Shown in pieces: positions 1 to 12,529 of a stretch of 64,000 nucleotides of DNA. The stretch is from Vicugna vicugna. Lineage: Eukaryota. The stretch spans positions 6,910,522 to 6,974,521 of the forward strand of contig MU058781.1 of NCBI GenBank assembly GCA_013265495.1, given 5' to 3'. Positions within the stretch are counted from its first letter, which is position 1, and each line of letters starts with the position of its first letter. The notes beneath the pieces were generated by a model that was not told the DNA's origin, did no database searches, and saw nothing but the letters and a program-made list of their open reading frames with translations. Position numbers and translations under genes: made by a program.

Positions 1-261
1 GCATCTTCAGATTAGCCTAGAGGTTATCAGTGGGTCCCACCGTTATCCGTGGGAGTACAGGGTTGAAGGGCATGAAAAACCAAATGCTCACAGAGAGACC
101 AGAGGAGGTAGGAGAATGGAAAGGGAATATTTAGAAATGTTTGTTTTTTTTTGAACATCATTTTTTTTTAATTGAAGCATTTGAAGAGCTGTAGGTTGCG
201 TCTTAGAGTCTGCTGTACTTTCAAGAAACTCTTAACCATCTTTCTCTTGCTCCCTTTCCAG

Positions 262-387
262 ATTGCCTTGCAATTTCCTTATAGATTTTGGGACAGTAAA
301 GTTCAAGGGGCTGACTTTTTTGGTCACGTTCCTCCCAGTGCCAGCAAGCGAGGGCTTTTTGCTGTGTTCTATGACATGGATCCCCAG
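262..387 (+). CDS. KDM1B: KDM1B (LSD2) internal coding exon, amine-oxidase domain
   Basis: ttccag acceptor, 126 nt (42 codons) [42 protein letters not shown], cag|gtaaaa donor; matches recalled LSD2 C-terminal sequence. Upstream exons lie outside the window. Confidence 0.96.
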
Positions 388-1323
388 GTAAAACCGTTGG
401 TGAGGTGTGGTTTGAATTCCTTTACTGTGGTTTAGAATTTGGTTTGGCAATTACTCATGGGTGGAGCCCAGGAACTAATGGACATTGTGGACAATGTTTA
501 TATTGTATGTTTGTACTTTGGGGGGACCCTCAGACTGGGGCATTTTTCTATAGGAAAGTTATCTGCCATACTTTGCTTGAAGTACTAATGTTGCTCCCTG
601 GGAAATGAATTCGTTGCAGTGGAAATGTCTTATTTCAGGCTGATGGAGGAATTCCTCTTAGGGAAAGTTGGAGACAGGACAATAATGAGTGGTACTTAAA
701 ACGTACTCCCAGAGGGTCCTCCAGTGAGCCTGTTGGGCGAGGGGTGGGATATGATTGGCCCAAGTGAGGGTGGGTCGTAGAATCAACAGATGTGATTGGT
801 TGGGGAAGGTAGACGAGGAGAGGACATGCCTGGGGCTTGAAAGTGATGGTTGTGTCGATGTCCTACCAAAGAACCACCGTTGTCTTTCCACCTGTCTCTG
901 TTCCAAGACACTGTCTTAAATGGTTTCACATGGGAGCCAAGGGCAACCATGCCTTTACCATGCAAGAAGCTTTTCTCCCTTTACTTTATCTGCAGACTTC
1001 CCTTCCCAATCTCATTCTCCTTCTTCTAAAACAAGTTCTTAGAAGGGAAGAACCAAGAGTACCTGGAATTTGATATTTGCGCGACTTCTGGAGTTTTTCC
1101 AGCAGGGAACAGTAAAACACACAGAAGAATAATGGATGAGTGTGTGTGAGGGAAATGGGACTGGGTGATGGAAAGGAGGCTGTGGGACAGTAGGAAGTGA
1201 CGACATTTGATGTGCGAGCATGAGGTCCTTGTCTGTTTGGAATGTGCGTCTGGAGACTCCTGTGCCCAAAGCCAGGAGTGTAAAGTGCTTCTCCCCGCCC
1301 CGTGTCCTGTGTCCCTCGCCCAG

Positions 1324-1446
1324 AAGCAGCACAGCGTGCTGATGTCGGTGGTCGCGGGGGAGGCGGTGGCGGCCGTCAGGAGCCTGGAGGACAAGCAGGT
1401 GCTGCAGCAGTGCATGGCGACCCTGCGCGAGCTCTTCAAGGAGCAG
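1324..1446 (+). CDS. KDM1B: KDM1B internal coding exon
   Basis: Pyrimidine tract + cag acceptor (1321-1323), 123 nt KQHSVLMSVVAGEAVAAVRSLEDKQVLQQCMATLRELFKEQ, cag|gtcaga donor; phase 0 at both ends. Confidence 0.95.
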
Positions 1447-1609
1447 GTCAGACACACCCTCTCAGAAAAGAGAAAGCCATGCTTGCTGTTAACGTCTTGT
1501 GCTCTTCCAACCCAGAACCAACTGTCATGGAGGACAGAGGGACTCAAGACAGGGGCAGGGGGCCACACCCTTGTTTTGTTTCAGTATCCAACTTTCCACT
1601 TAAGCGCTT

Positions 1610-1950
1610 GGATTTGTTTTTTCCGGGCTGCCGTAACAAAAATGCCACCAGCTGGGTGGTTTAAACACCAGAGGCATATTTTCTCGCAGTCCTGGAGGCT
1701 GGAAGTCCAAGATTGAAGTGTCACAGATGGCTGCCCTCTCCCTGTGTCCTCACATGGTTGCGGCTCTGTGTTGTCCGTGTGCTAATCTCCTCTTCTTAGA
1801 AGGACGCCTGTCATGCTGGATTAAGGCCCACCCTAATGACCCCATTTGGACTTAAGTACCTCGTCAAAGGCCCTGTCTCAGATACAGTCACAGTCTGAGG
1901 TACTGAGGGTTAGGGGTTCATCGTCTGAATTGGGGGGTATATGTAACAGT
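1610..1950. mobile_element. MaLR LTR (MLT1A/B-like), solo, degraded
   Basis: gggctgccgtaacaaa...ctgggtggtttaaac...ctggaggctggaagtccaagat...ggattaaggcccaccctaatgacc motifs typical of MLT1; ends approximate. Confidence 0.75.
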
Positions 1951-2904
1951 ACCCCATCCCTCCTTTTAAGCTGTTGTCTCCTTTTTTTCTGACATCATGC
2001 ACACCCCTTTTCTTTCCTGAGAAAAGGTAAAAAGGCTCAGTATTTTCCGGATTCTGCATTTACCCAAACCCGAGCAAGCTCTGATGACAGCTTTCCATTT
2101 AAAGGGACAATGTCCAGAATTTTCTTGTACTCCAGCCTCACAGCTAGTCTCTTTTCTCCCTTTTCTCCAAGAAGCTCAAGGTACTTTCTATCTGCCAATT
2201 GACTATAATCTCACAATCTCTGGAGATTTAGAAACGACATGATGTGTATCTTTTTCAAATAAAGGAGCAGAAGAAGAAAGAAGAGAAATGACTCAAATGT
2301 TACGTACACTGGAGAGCAGGGGGCCCTCCGGGGTACTGTGTATTTTACGTGACGTGATCAGATCTCACAGTCGTTCCTAGCCTGGGGCTTCTATCCAAAA
2401 ATTTGTTTTCAGATTTGTTACTTGGAACTTGGCATACAGTTTGCATAGAAATGTATTTCACGGTGGCACTTGTCAGAGGCCAGGCCTTCAAAATTATTTG
2501 AAACATAGGGTGAAACATAACCTATACAGCTGTTTTGTAGAGCGGCCTGTTGAGGATTCCAGTTAGAGATCCTGAAATTGCCCTTCCGTGGGCCCCAGCA
2601 CGTTCCAGCAGATGGGAAGGGGCGCACCTTGAACTCAGCCATTGGTGACGGCCCCTGCTAGGCGGGGGCACGTGTGCCTGGCAGAGGATAAGATGTGGAG
2701 GAGTATGTGTGTGTTGGGGGAAGGTCACAGAGATGAGGGAGATGCACAGATTCGGGGCCTGGGTCGGGTAGCGAGGCGGCAGGAAGGACACTGAGAATCG
2801 CTGTCTCAGAATGCTGTGACAATTCACTGAATTTTATATGTTGGGCTGCATCAAGTCTCAGTCCCTTCTTGATCTTGCCTTATGCTTCCTTCTCCTGGAC
2901 GCAG

Positions 2905-3057
2905 GAAGTCCCAGATCCCACCAAGTATTTTGTCACCCGGTGGAGTACAGACCCCTGGATCCAGATGGCGTACAGTTTCGTGAAGACTGGGGGCAGTGGC
3001 GAGGCCTACGACATCATAGCTGAAGAAATACAAGGAACCGTCTTTTTTGCTGGCGAG
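2905..3057 (+). CDS. KDM1B: KDM1B penultimate coding exon
   Basis: gcag acceptor, 153 nt EVPDPTKYFVTRWSTDPWIQMAYSFVKTGGSGEAYDIIAEEIQGTVFFAGE, gag|gtgtgt donor. Confidence 0.96.
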
Positions 3058-3679
3058 GTGTGTGTCGTGGTCCCGGCCCCGATTCCTTTTACTTTGATCA
3101 TTTCCTTTTAATGAAAATGATGGATGTCCAGAGTTTAAAAGCAAAGAGTCAAATAGTGTCAAAAGTCTTTGGGCAACAAACAGCAGGTGCCCTGTCGACG
3201 TCCTCCTCAAATTTGTGGAGCAGCTATTTTTAACTGTTTCTGCTGTTTCTTCTGGAGTTGACTTCATGTGTAAAGATACTTATATTGTTGGCTTCTGATT
3301 GAAGAAGTTGGACGTTATCTCTGGATTTCCTAACAGGTTAAAAGATTTAGCCTGTTTAGTCTCTTTGCACCCTGGTTCTTTCACAATTTTAACTAAACTG
3401 ATGTCAGTGTTTTATCTGATGCCGCTCTTTACTGTTAAGCCACGACAGTGAATGTTTCATCGATGCCTTTCTTACACAGCTATTTTATTTTCAGTCATAA
3501 TGGCCCCTTTTTTCATTAGCTTAATTCTTTTCACACCTCCCCTGAAGCCTCCCCACCCTTTGGTCGTCTCTAATTCACACTTGAATCCCTGTGGCTGGCC
3601 TGTAGGCTCTGTTTCTTGAAACCCCCTTCCCCGGCATCTTCCCCCTGCTCAGTCTGCTCTGATGGATGGGCCTTTCCAC

Positions 3680-4370
3680 CTTAACTATTTTTAAGTGTCC
3701 AGTTAAGTGGCGTTAAATACATACACGTTGCTGTACAGTCGCTGCTGCCAACCATCTCCAGGACTTCTTTATACTGCAGAACTGAAGCTCTGTACCTGTT
3801 AAACACCACCTCCTCATTTACCCCTCCCGCCAGCCCCTGGCAACCACCGTTCAGCTTCCTGTCCCTTATGAGTTTGTTCTAGGTACCTTATCATATAAGT
3901 AGAATGAATCATGCAGCATTTGTCCTTTTGCGACTGGCTAATTTCACTTAGCATAATGCCCTCAGGTTTCGTCCGTATTGTGGCATGTGTCAGAATAGCC
4001 TTTTTTAAGACTAAATAACACTCCATCATACATATGTATCTCATTTTGTTTTTCCATTCATCTGTCATGGACATTTGAGTTGCTTCTGTCTGTTTTTGGC
4101 TGTTGTGAAGTATGCCGCTATGAACATGGGTGCACAGATGTCTCTTCGAGAACCTGCTTTCAGTTACTTGGGGTATATACCAAGAAGTGGAGTTGCTGGA
4201 TCATATATTAATTATATTTTTAATTTTTTGGGAACCACCACGCAGTTTTCCACAGCAGCTGCACCATTTAACATTCCCGCCAGCCGTGCACAGGGGTTCT
4301 GGTTTCTCCACATCCTCGTCGACACTTACTATTTGCCGTTTTTGATATTGGCCATCCTGATGTGTGTGAA
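3680..4370 (-). mobile_element. Old LINE-1 (L1MB-like) ORF2 C-terminus and 3' UTR fragment
   Basis: Reverse strand translates to L1 ORF2-end-like peptide (DEWKNKM..., IMLSEISQSQKDK); L1 3' UTR motifs. Confidence 0.8.
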
Positions 4371-4431
4371 GCTGGCTTTTCTTCTTGCCTGGTTTACTTC
4401 TGTTGAGAAATGCTTTTCTGTTCTGATTTCT

Positions 4432-4625
4432 TTTTAGTTTTTTTTTTATTGAGTTATAGTCATTTTATAATGTGTCAAATTCCAATGTAGAGCACACTTT
4501 TTCAGTTATACAAAAACATACATATATTCATTGTCACATTTTTTTTCACCATGAGCTGCCACAAGATCTTGTATCTATTTCCCTGTGCTGTACAGCATAA
4601 TCTTGTTTATCTATTCTGTATATGC
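4432..4625 (-). mobile_element. 5'-truncated lineage-type L1 3' end with target-site duplication
   Basis: Poly-T then tttattgagttatagtc...tatttccctgtgctgtacag; flanked by ctgttctgatttct (4418-4431) and ctgtactgatttct (4626-4639). Confidence 0.8.
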
Positions 4626-6635
4626 CTGTACTGATTTCTAATCCTTTCTATGCCCCCTTTTTTTTTTTTTGGTCTCCTGGTAATTTAAGGAGCTCCTGTC
4701 CTACATCGTCAGTGTTTTTGCTCTGTTCGTTTCCTTCCCACAGTTTTTTCTCATATTCCCTGATCTTCTATTTCATATGTTGAACACTTGAATTGATTAT
4801 CTTACTTTCTTTGCTGTTCTTCATCTCTGTTTTAAATTCTAATTTAGGGGTAGGGAGATTTTTTTATATTCCAACCCTTGAATTGAGTTTTAAAATGTTG
4901 GTTCTTTTACTTTGTGAGCACTTTCTTGTTCTCAGATGATTCTTTTTTGGTAGCATTTTCTTCTTGCTTCCTAACTTGTTCCTTACATGGATCTTGAGTT
5001 CCTATTTCCTTTGCTTTATTAGCCTTTGCCTCCCCTATGTCTGAATGTCCAACCCCTGACTGTTCAGATTTGAGTGAGGCACTTTGTAAAAAGCGAATTG
5101 AAAATTCCAGCAGGTTGTCAGCTGGTGGCTGGGGCCCCAGACATCGGGACTGAGCTACACCTCCTCTCTTGTGGTTCCTCATTTGTGTGATGAGAACTCG
5201 GCTCCTGGCTTCCTGGGAACCCAAAGCCTGGCTCTTTGTTGTGCTTTACTTAACCCCCATTTCCTTCAGCACCTCACCCCTGCCCTGTGCCTCGACACTC
5301 CTGGGGGTGGCAGCAGGGAGACTGGGGTACTGGGTGAGGGACCAAATTGCTTTTCAGTCTTTAAACCAGTCCTCAGTTTTCATTCACCCTTGCCAAGCCC
5401 CAAAAACCTCCAATGGCTGAGGTTTTTGAAGGATTCTTTGGGATGAATTGGCTTCCTTTTGTTGTTTCCTCCCTCCCGCCGCTTTAGCAGAGTGAATGCT
5501 CAGCACTGTTTCATCTGCTTACATATCTGTACATTATAGTCAGGTCTCCTAGATTCGTCTGACATAGAGTTAGTGTTGTTTTTCTTTTCAGGATTTTTAG
5601 TTATAAAAGAATGTCATTGTAAAGCCAGCTATCGTTGAGTCTTCCTTGGCCCGTGAAGAGCCACCTTTGTAGGAACAGAGCATGACGATTGCATGCCAGG
5701 CAGCAAGGGTCATCTGCTTTCAGACGGCCCTGTTGGGCTCATGTGCTGTAGTGTCACGAGCAGGGCTTAGCAGCTTTCTTCTTTCCTTTGCTGCTTTGAT
5801 AGTTACATTTTCTTAGAGAACCCATTTCTTTGAAGCTTCTGTAGCTCTACCATTCTCTCCCCCTAGGAATAGTTGTATTCCTGCTGGCCTCCTGACCGGT
5901 CCCCCGTTTGTTAAAGTCTTTGGTACCTGGATATTTTCCGTTACATCCCAGCCATCCGTTGAGGTGACATGGAACCTAAATTGGTTCACGTGGAAATTCA
6001 CAGAACTTCCCATTTCTGTGACCTACTCACCTCCGTTTCAGCTACCCTTTCCCATAGCCACACCCCAAACAAAAACCTTCTTGTGCTTCTAGTTTGCTTA
6101 CTCTGTTCCCACTACAGCCCCCTTGAAAGTGAGGTTCTCCCATTGACAGTACCCACCTTTGGTCTTTTCCCTTCCTGTTGAACTGATCTATTCTTGGAGT
6201 AACTCAACCCCTTTCATTATACCTTCAGTATGCTTTCTAGCAAGACTCCAGCTGTGGATGAATTGTGATTTACTTTTTGTGCTTGTTTCATTTATCACGG
6301 ATTTTAACAACTAAGATTGTCTGGTGGAAAGGGACCGTGTCTTATTCATTCTTCTTAATTCCAGCACCTGGTGTACAGAGATAGTATCTTAATGAATGCC
6401 ACACACTTCACAGGAGTGCTGACTATGTTGTAGAGTAAATTTGGTGAAACATGGTGATAAACCAGAAAAGTTCACATGCTGTGATAGGTGAGTAGAGTGT
6501 TAATATGAGCACACAGGAGTGATGCCAGTGTTTATTTTACAAGGATCAGAGAAAGTATAAGCTTGTATTACCTTTTGATTTTCAGCTTAATTCTTTATAC
6601 ACGATCTCATATTACACTTCTTTTTTTTTTAACAG

Positions 6636-6719
6636 GCAACAAACAGGCATTTTCCACAAACCGTTACAGGGGCATATTTGAGTGGCGTTCGAGAAGCAAG
6701 CAAGATTGCAGCATTTTAA
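6636..6719 (+). CDS. KDM1B: KDM1B terminal coding exon
   Basis: T-tract + aacag acceptor; ATNRHFPQTVTGAYLSGVREASKIAAF then TAA at 6717-6719; C-terminal GA..SG.RE.A flavin amine-oxidase motif. Confidence 0.97.
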   Translation, partial: ATNRHFPQTVTGAYLSGVREASKIAAF

Positions 6720-8580
6720 ATAGAGTTTGTCTGGACCCAGCTTTCTTTTGTACCCCAACTGAGAAAGCCTGAAAAACTCGTTAAACCTCACTTTCATAAA
6801 ATCAAACAGAATCTTCTCTGGGTAGCAAAATTGAAATGTTTCTAAGGTGGTGTGGTAACATAAACCCATTTCATCACTCTGAAGGCACTAGGCCCAAGAC
6901 TCCTTTCCTAAGCACTTATATTTAACTGCATTTCCCACAGGCCTGACTAGTGTTAAATCTTCTAGATTTCAAAATAAGGCAGAATATAACCTTAAATTAA
7001 GACCTTGGATATGATTCTTCCATGGTTGGAGACTCCCTTGAAATCTGACAAATTTTTTTTGGCTGACCAATTTTCACACATTAAGAAACCAAGTCACTCA
7101 AGCAGGAATCATTACACAGATAAAGCCATGTACTTTTCTATGACAGCTCGTCACTGTCTTTGCCAATGAGCCTTAAGATTTTTATATAGCTCCAATATTG
7201 AGCTTTTACTTAAAATTTAGATAGAAATCTTTCCTTTTTTGGATAAAGCAAACTCTTCAAAGGTAAATGAAACTTCTAGACTATTTTATATTGTACATAT
7301 TTCTTCCCATTGGGTGTTCAAAAGAAATTCAGGTATCTTGTAATAAAACATTTTAGACTTGTGCTCTCATTGGCAAAACAGCAAAATTCTGTCCCTTCAA
7401 CAGTACAGGTTATTTATCATTGAGAATGGGGTAGAGATAGTGTGGTCTTTATACTTGAGGCATAGATGAGACATAGAATACGGCTGTTTTTAAGAGCCAC
7501 GTTTGGGCGGATGGCACACTTTAAATAGCCTTAATTTTGGCAACCACTAGCAAAAAGATCTTGTCAGAATAATTTAATAAAAGCCTCTCCCCACTGCGTC
7601 TTTTTAAAATGACTGATTCAGTCTCTAGGAATATTTTTTATAGAATTATGTTTTCAGTATTCCACATGTAGGTCCACTGGAAAACTCCAGAAAAAGCCTG
7701 GCAAATGTTACACATTTAATAAGCCATATCTTGAAAGCCTGAGAACATGGCAAATACTTTTTCCTTTTTTCACTCATGACAAAAAAAATTCATTTAAAAT
7801 AAACACTGATGTCAGGGTCTTCAGGATACTCATCTTGCCAAGAAACTTCAGTTTACAGGTTAGAAATACGGATAATTTATGTGCTTTTGTTTTAAAAAGT
7901 CTGAACAATTCTTTCAATATATTGGTCAGCTTAAAGGGACTCAAAATGACTTTAAAACCATTTTCCAAAATATTAGGTATTTTTAAAATTTAAAATAAGT
8001 TATAAGTAGAAATAGTACTTTATGCAAAGAAACATGGGGAACTTTAGACAGAGCTTAGACACACCTCCCTCCCCACCAAAGTATAATAATCAAAAGAAAG
8101 CAACCTGCAGTATAATGGTTTCAAAGTTAACATAGGAAAATGTTGATATTTAGGTCATTTGATGAGACTCACTGATACTGATTGGGACGTATTCTGCTTT
8201 AAAGTGTTATGTATTAAAATGTTTAAATAGCATGTGTCAGGTGATAAATGCAAAATATTCTAAGTTGAAATGGTTCACAGTAAGTTATTACTTTAGTCTC
8301 TGAGCACTTAAACTTGTACTGTGCTATAAGCAAACAAGGGGAGAACCTACTAAATAAAGTATGGTAAATGTGTATTTAAAATCCTCATTCCCTGTCTCAA
8401 GTGACATCACCTAACATTTTGTTCTTTAAGGAACCATGGTACTTTTTTTTTCCTTGAGTTTCTTTTGAGTTTTTCACTGCTGTCTGAAGATTCTGTAATT
8501 GAGTGGCAGTGAATATGTTTTAACTGCAGACTGTGAAAACTGTGTAAAACTGCTTAATAAAAACTAGACTTGTTTTTCAA
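6720..8580 (+). other. KDM1B: KDM1B 3' UTR (3' end approximate)
   Basis: Repeat-free AT-rich sequence after the stop; several AATAAA hexamers, the most distal at 8556-8561 followed by T/GT-rich sequence. Confidence 0.6.
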
Positions 8581-8889
8581 ATATACTGTGCATTGCAGTG
8601 ATGAAGGCACACTCCCCATGAACTTCCACCCACGCCAGCTCAACCCTCCACAACCTCCAAGCCCTCTTTAGAAAGTCTTAGGTCACAGGCATCATAGTGT
8701 ATCCCCTTTCAAGTCAGTAAGAACCTTGCTGACCTTGATGAACTTGGTTTTGTGAGCTCACTCTACTGATTTCTTTATAATTTATTCCAGGTAACGGTCA
8801 GTTACCACTGAAGAGCACCCCAAATGATACAGGCTACCGGCTAAATCTATTTAAAAATCTGTTCTGAATATATAGATTAAGACATCAAA

Positions 8890-10462
8890 CGCAAAGAGAA
8901 AAAGGCATTTTTTATTATTTTTATTGACAAGGTTGAGAGGAACAAATTAAATATTTAAAACAAAAGGCCAATTCTTAAGTCTCATTTAGTTGTTTATTCC
9001 ATTCATTTGTATTAAGTATACCTTTCTCTAATGTCCTAGTAACTTTATCAAGAAACAAGTCAAAAGTCAAACATGTGAAAATACCTATTAACAGTCAGCA
9101 TATATCATTTTTATATATTTCTGTTCTATGATGCAAAGGTATTTTAAACACTCAATGGTTTACCAAAGGCCCAATTCTTGCGTAAGCAGCATGTTTTAAA
9201 ATTCAGAGATTACTTAATAAACTGATTAAGACACTCAATTTAAAAGACAAAATTAGTCTCATCAAGAGTGGTCCACATACTGATCATCTAGAATCCTGAT
9301 TGGCCAAAATTTAAAACATAACACCCCTGATTCCACAAATACATTAAATTTCTTTAATGTTAAAAATTAGTCTGTTACCACTTTTGAGAAATACTTTGTC
9401 AGAGATACCCACTATTCCCTACACATTCTCTTCTTCTGGCATTACAAATTTTACCATAATTATAAAAGTGGCCAGGCTTCCTGTACAGAATGGCATTTTA
9501 TATGGGCAGAAGCAGTTAATAAAAATCAGTTCACTCACTATAAGCCAAATGTGCTTATACTTAACCCCACTCTTCCCCCAATTTTTGAAGTTTTGATGTG
9601 TGGATTTTGGTCTGTCCTTGATAGAAAACGTATCTACAGGCACTGCTGCAGGGTTAACACTAACACTACAAACTGACGACACTTCGAGGCAAAGCAGAGA
9701 ACTACCTGTTCCGTCAATATTTTCTTCACTGGACTCTGACTTCCGCTGCTCCGTCACACCATCTGGCTGAACACTGACATTTCATACATTTATAACTGTA
9801 AAGGTACCTACTTATATGAGTTTAAAAATTGATCTGCACAAAAGAAATAAAAGAACTTTATATACAACAAATTTGTTTTTAAAAATACAAAAATAACATC
9901 TGTCGACTCTTGTCATGCTGACAATTTGACATATATACACATGCAGGAGAAAAGTTCCAATTTCATCATCTGGACAGCTGAAGCTCGTATATTTTTAATA
10001 TGATGAACACACTGCCACTGAGTTTCCACACTGACAGATGTGTATTCAAAATATTTCATATACTAAATACTGCAAGAGTCTCCGCATGTTTAAACACCAG
10101 TTAGAATAGTTTCTGTTCTACTTGGTTAAAAGTATGTCTTAAGCTAATATTGAGCACACGCTAAAAACTACAACAGTTCAAGAATCTAGAACCTTATATA
10201 AAGAAATCCAAAATGTACAAAATACAACTATAAAAGCAAGGAACAATTACTGCCATGCAAAAATTTAAACTAAAAACTGCATAGAAATGCAATTTAAAAC
10301 AGCAAACTCAAATTTACGTTAACACTCGAGATAAAAAGGTTAAGTTCTATCAACACAACGCTTGCAAGGATTTAGAAAAGGAAATACATTCTCTTTTGCT
10401 GGTATGGTATAAATCAGAGCTTTAAATCCATGGGTACAGGTCACCTGTCTCTGTACTCTTTC
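8890..10462 (-). other. DEK: DEK 3' UTR (3' end approximate)
   Basis: Follows TGA at 10465-10463; minus-strand AATAAA at 8993-8998, 8920-8925 and 8911-8916. Confidence 0.7.
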
Positions 10463-10474
10463 TCAAGAAATCAG
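10463..10474 (-). CDS. DEK: DEK exon 11 coding part (LIS-stop)
   Basis: Minus strand ttctctttcattacag|CTG ATT TCT TGA. Confidence 0.93.
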   Translation of the reverse strand: MIS

Positions 10475-10940
10475 CTGTAATGAAAGAGAAACATTATTTC
10501 CTCATACCCAACATACACAATATTTGGTATACATAAATCAAGACCTTACTTTATTTTTTAACTTCTATTTTACTACTGTGACCTTGGGAAATCAGATGGG
10601 ACCACTGTTAAGACTACAGCTCTGTTGATCATCCCCCGCCTTTAACTGGTGGACAGGAACGTGCTCCAGTGGTTGTGTGAGCCCCTTTGGGACGCCTGGC
10701 CACCATGTACACAGCCCACATCTTCTGAGGCCAGGTTTTGTCAACTTATGTTCAGACTTTATTTTTAAGCTCTGAAATGGGAATGAAAATAACTCCCCAT
10801 CTATTTTTGAGGAAATTTGAGCCTCAAATGTGATATTTAGTGACATGACTATTTTGAAAAATATGCAGTATTTGATACACAATTTCTTCCATCTTATATG
10901 TCCAAAATGATTAAAGTTGGAAAAGATGGATATATTTTAC

Positions 10941-11009
10941 CTCTTTAACAGTTGTTTTTATGAACTCTTTTCTTTCAGTTAAGTCATAAGCAGGATAATT
11001 TTCATATAC
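10941..11009 (-). CDS. DEK: DEK exon 10 (DEK-C domain)
   Basis: 69 nt VYENYPAYDLTERKEFIKTTVKE; ag/gt flanks. Confidence 0.96.
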
Positions 11010-11609
11010 CTACAATGGAAAGGAAAAACTATGTTAAAAGTAGATTTAAAATTTCACTAATATTCTCTATCTTTGGATAGTGAAGAAATGTGTGCTGTGT
11101 ACAAACAGCTACATATGTTAACTGTATGCTCTAACCACCATGTAGAATTCTACAGCAAATGAGTAGCTTTAATAATACTGTATATAGAGCAGAAAATAAA
11201 CTAGCATACAAACACTTTCAACGTTTTATGAAGTGGGAATGTCAGTGAATTAACAACAAACATGGGTGAGAAGAACATGTAGACAGACGTTGGCTAAGTG
11301 GAGTATGTACTTTACATCGGTAGGTTATTTGTTAGCTGTTTTTTAGAGATGCCCTCTTAGTTCTTCTGTTACGTTATCTGACACTACTTCTTTCCTCAAC
11401 TTGAACTTTAACGAATTTCAGCCCCAGTCCATTGTTCAATTCCCTCCTGAAGTTCTATCACTGAGACCCAGTTATACCATCGTGTCCTCTACTCTGAAAT
11501 TTTTTACTCTCTACATTTCCCAACTTGATAACTGCTGCCTGGCTTCACAATGACTTCTAGTCCTGACTTTCTGTATCTATCTTGCTGGTTTTACTCCTAT
11601 CATGTAATT

Positions 11610-11791
11610 CAAAGTCAGCAAACGTTTTCTGTAAAAGGCTAGACAGTAAATTATTTCAGCTTTTCCAGCGACAGTTTCTGTCATGACTATTCAACTATGC
11701 CAGTGCAGAGTCAACGCTGCCAGACAATACTTACATGAATGGCTGCGGCTATGTTATAACGGCCCTCAGGCTGTAGTTTGCCAACCGCTGC
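11610..11791. mobile_element. MER58A-like hAT-Charlie MITE
   Basis: gtcagcaaac.ttttctgtaaaagg...gctgtagtttgccaacc.ctg terminal motifs. Confidence 0.7.
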
Positions 11792-12529
11792 AAATACGGT
11801 CAATCATTTACATTATTCTAAATGTTTACCCTTTGTTCTTTCTCTGCAAAACTCCAACCCTGAACTGGTCTAATTACCAGCTTTTCTATGTTAAACCCTG
11901 TGGGAAAATATAGCAACTTTGAGAAGAATGGTCCCATTTCCAGTCCATGGTGATCAATGTCACAGCCTCCCCAGAAATCCCAAGGATTTCTCCTCAGATC
12001 CCCCTTGCATTCTCATCAGGGGCAATTTCACCCCTCTATTCAAATGTCCCACTCCTGTTCTCAGTCAAGCCACTGCTATGAATTCCTTCAACTCTGACGT
12101 ATCTCTTGCCCTCCAGTTCACTTGCACCCGGATTCATCAACAGTCCCCATCTTCCTTAGCTCTGCAAGGACCCACCCCTCGAGGCTCCTGTACCACCAGC
12201 CCTTAGCCTAACACGTGCTTCTGCTTTCCCTCCCTGCCCTTCGGAAAAAATCTTTATCAACCTGTATTCCCGAGATTTAGCTACTAAAACAGGAGCTTTA
12301 ATCCATTCACTCTCCTTACCAATAATTCTCAGTCCCAGGGTAAATAACCCTTGCATTTACCACCCTTCAAAACTGCTCTTATTAAGTGAACAATTGTCTC
12401 ATAATTGCTAAGTCCAAAAAACCCTTAACTTATTCTCACTTGACCTCTCCATGTTATTAATAATCCCCCTTTAAAACTACAGAAATGTATTCACAAGTCA
12501 TTCAAATGAACAGAACTAGTCTCCCTTCA

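Noticed and set aside
1026..1716. Several overlapping ORFs around the KDM1B exon
   Set aside because: By-product of the exon's extreme GC3; only 1324-1446 has splice sites and homology.
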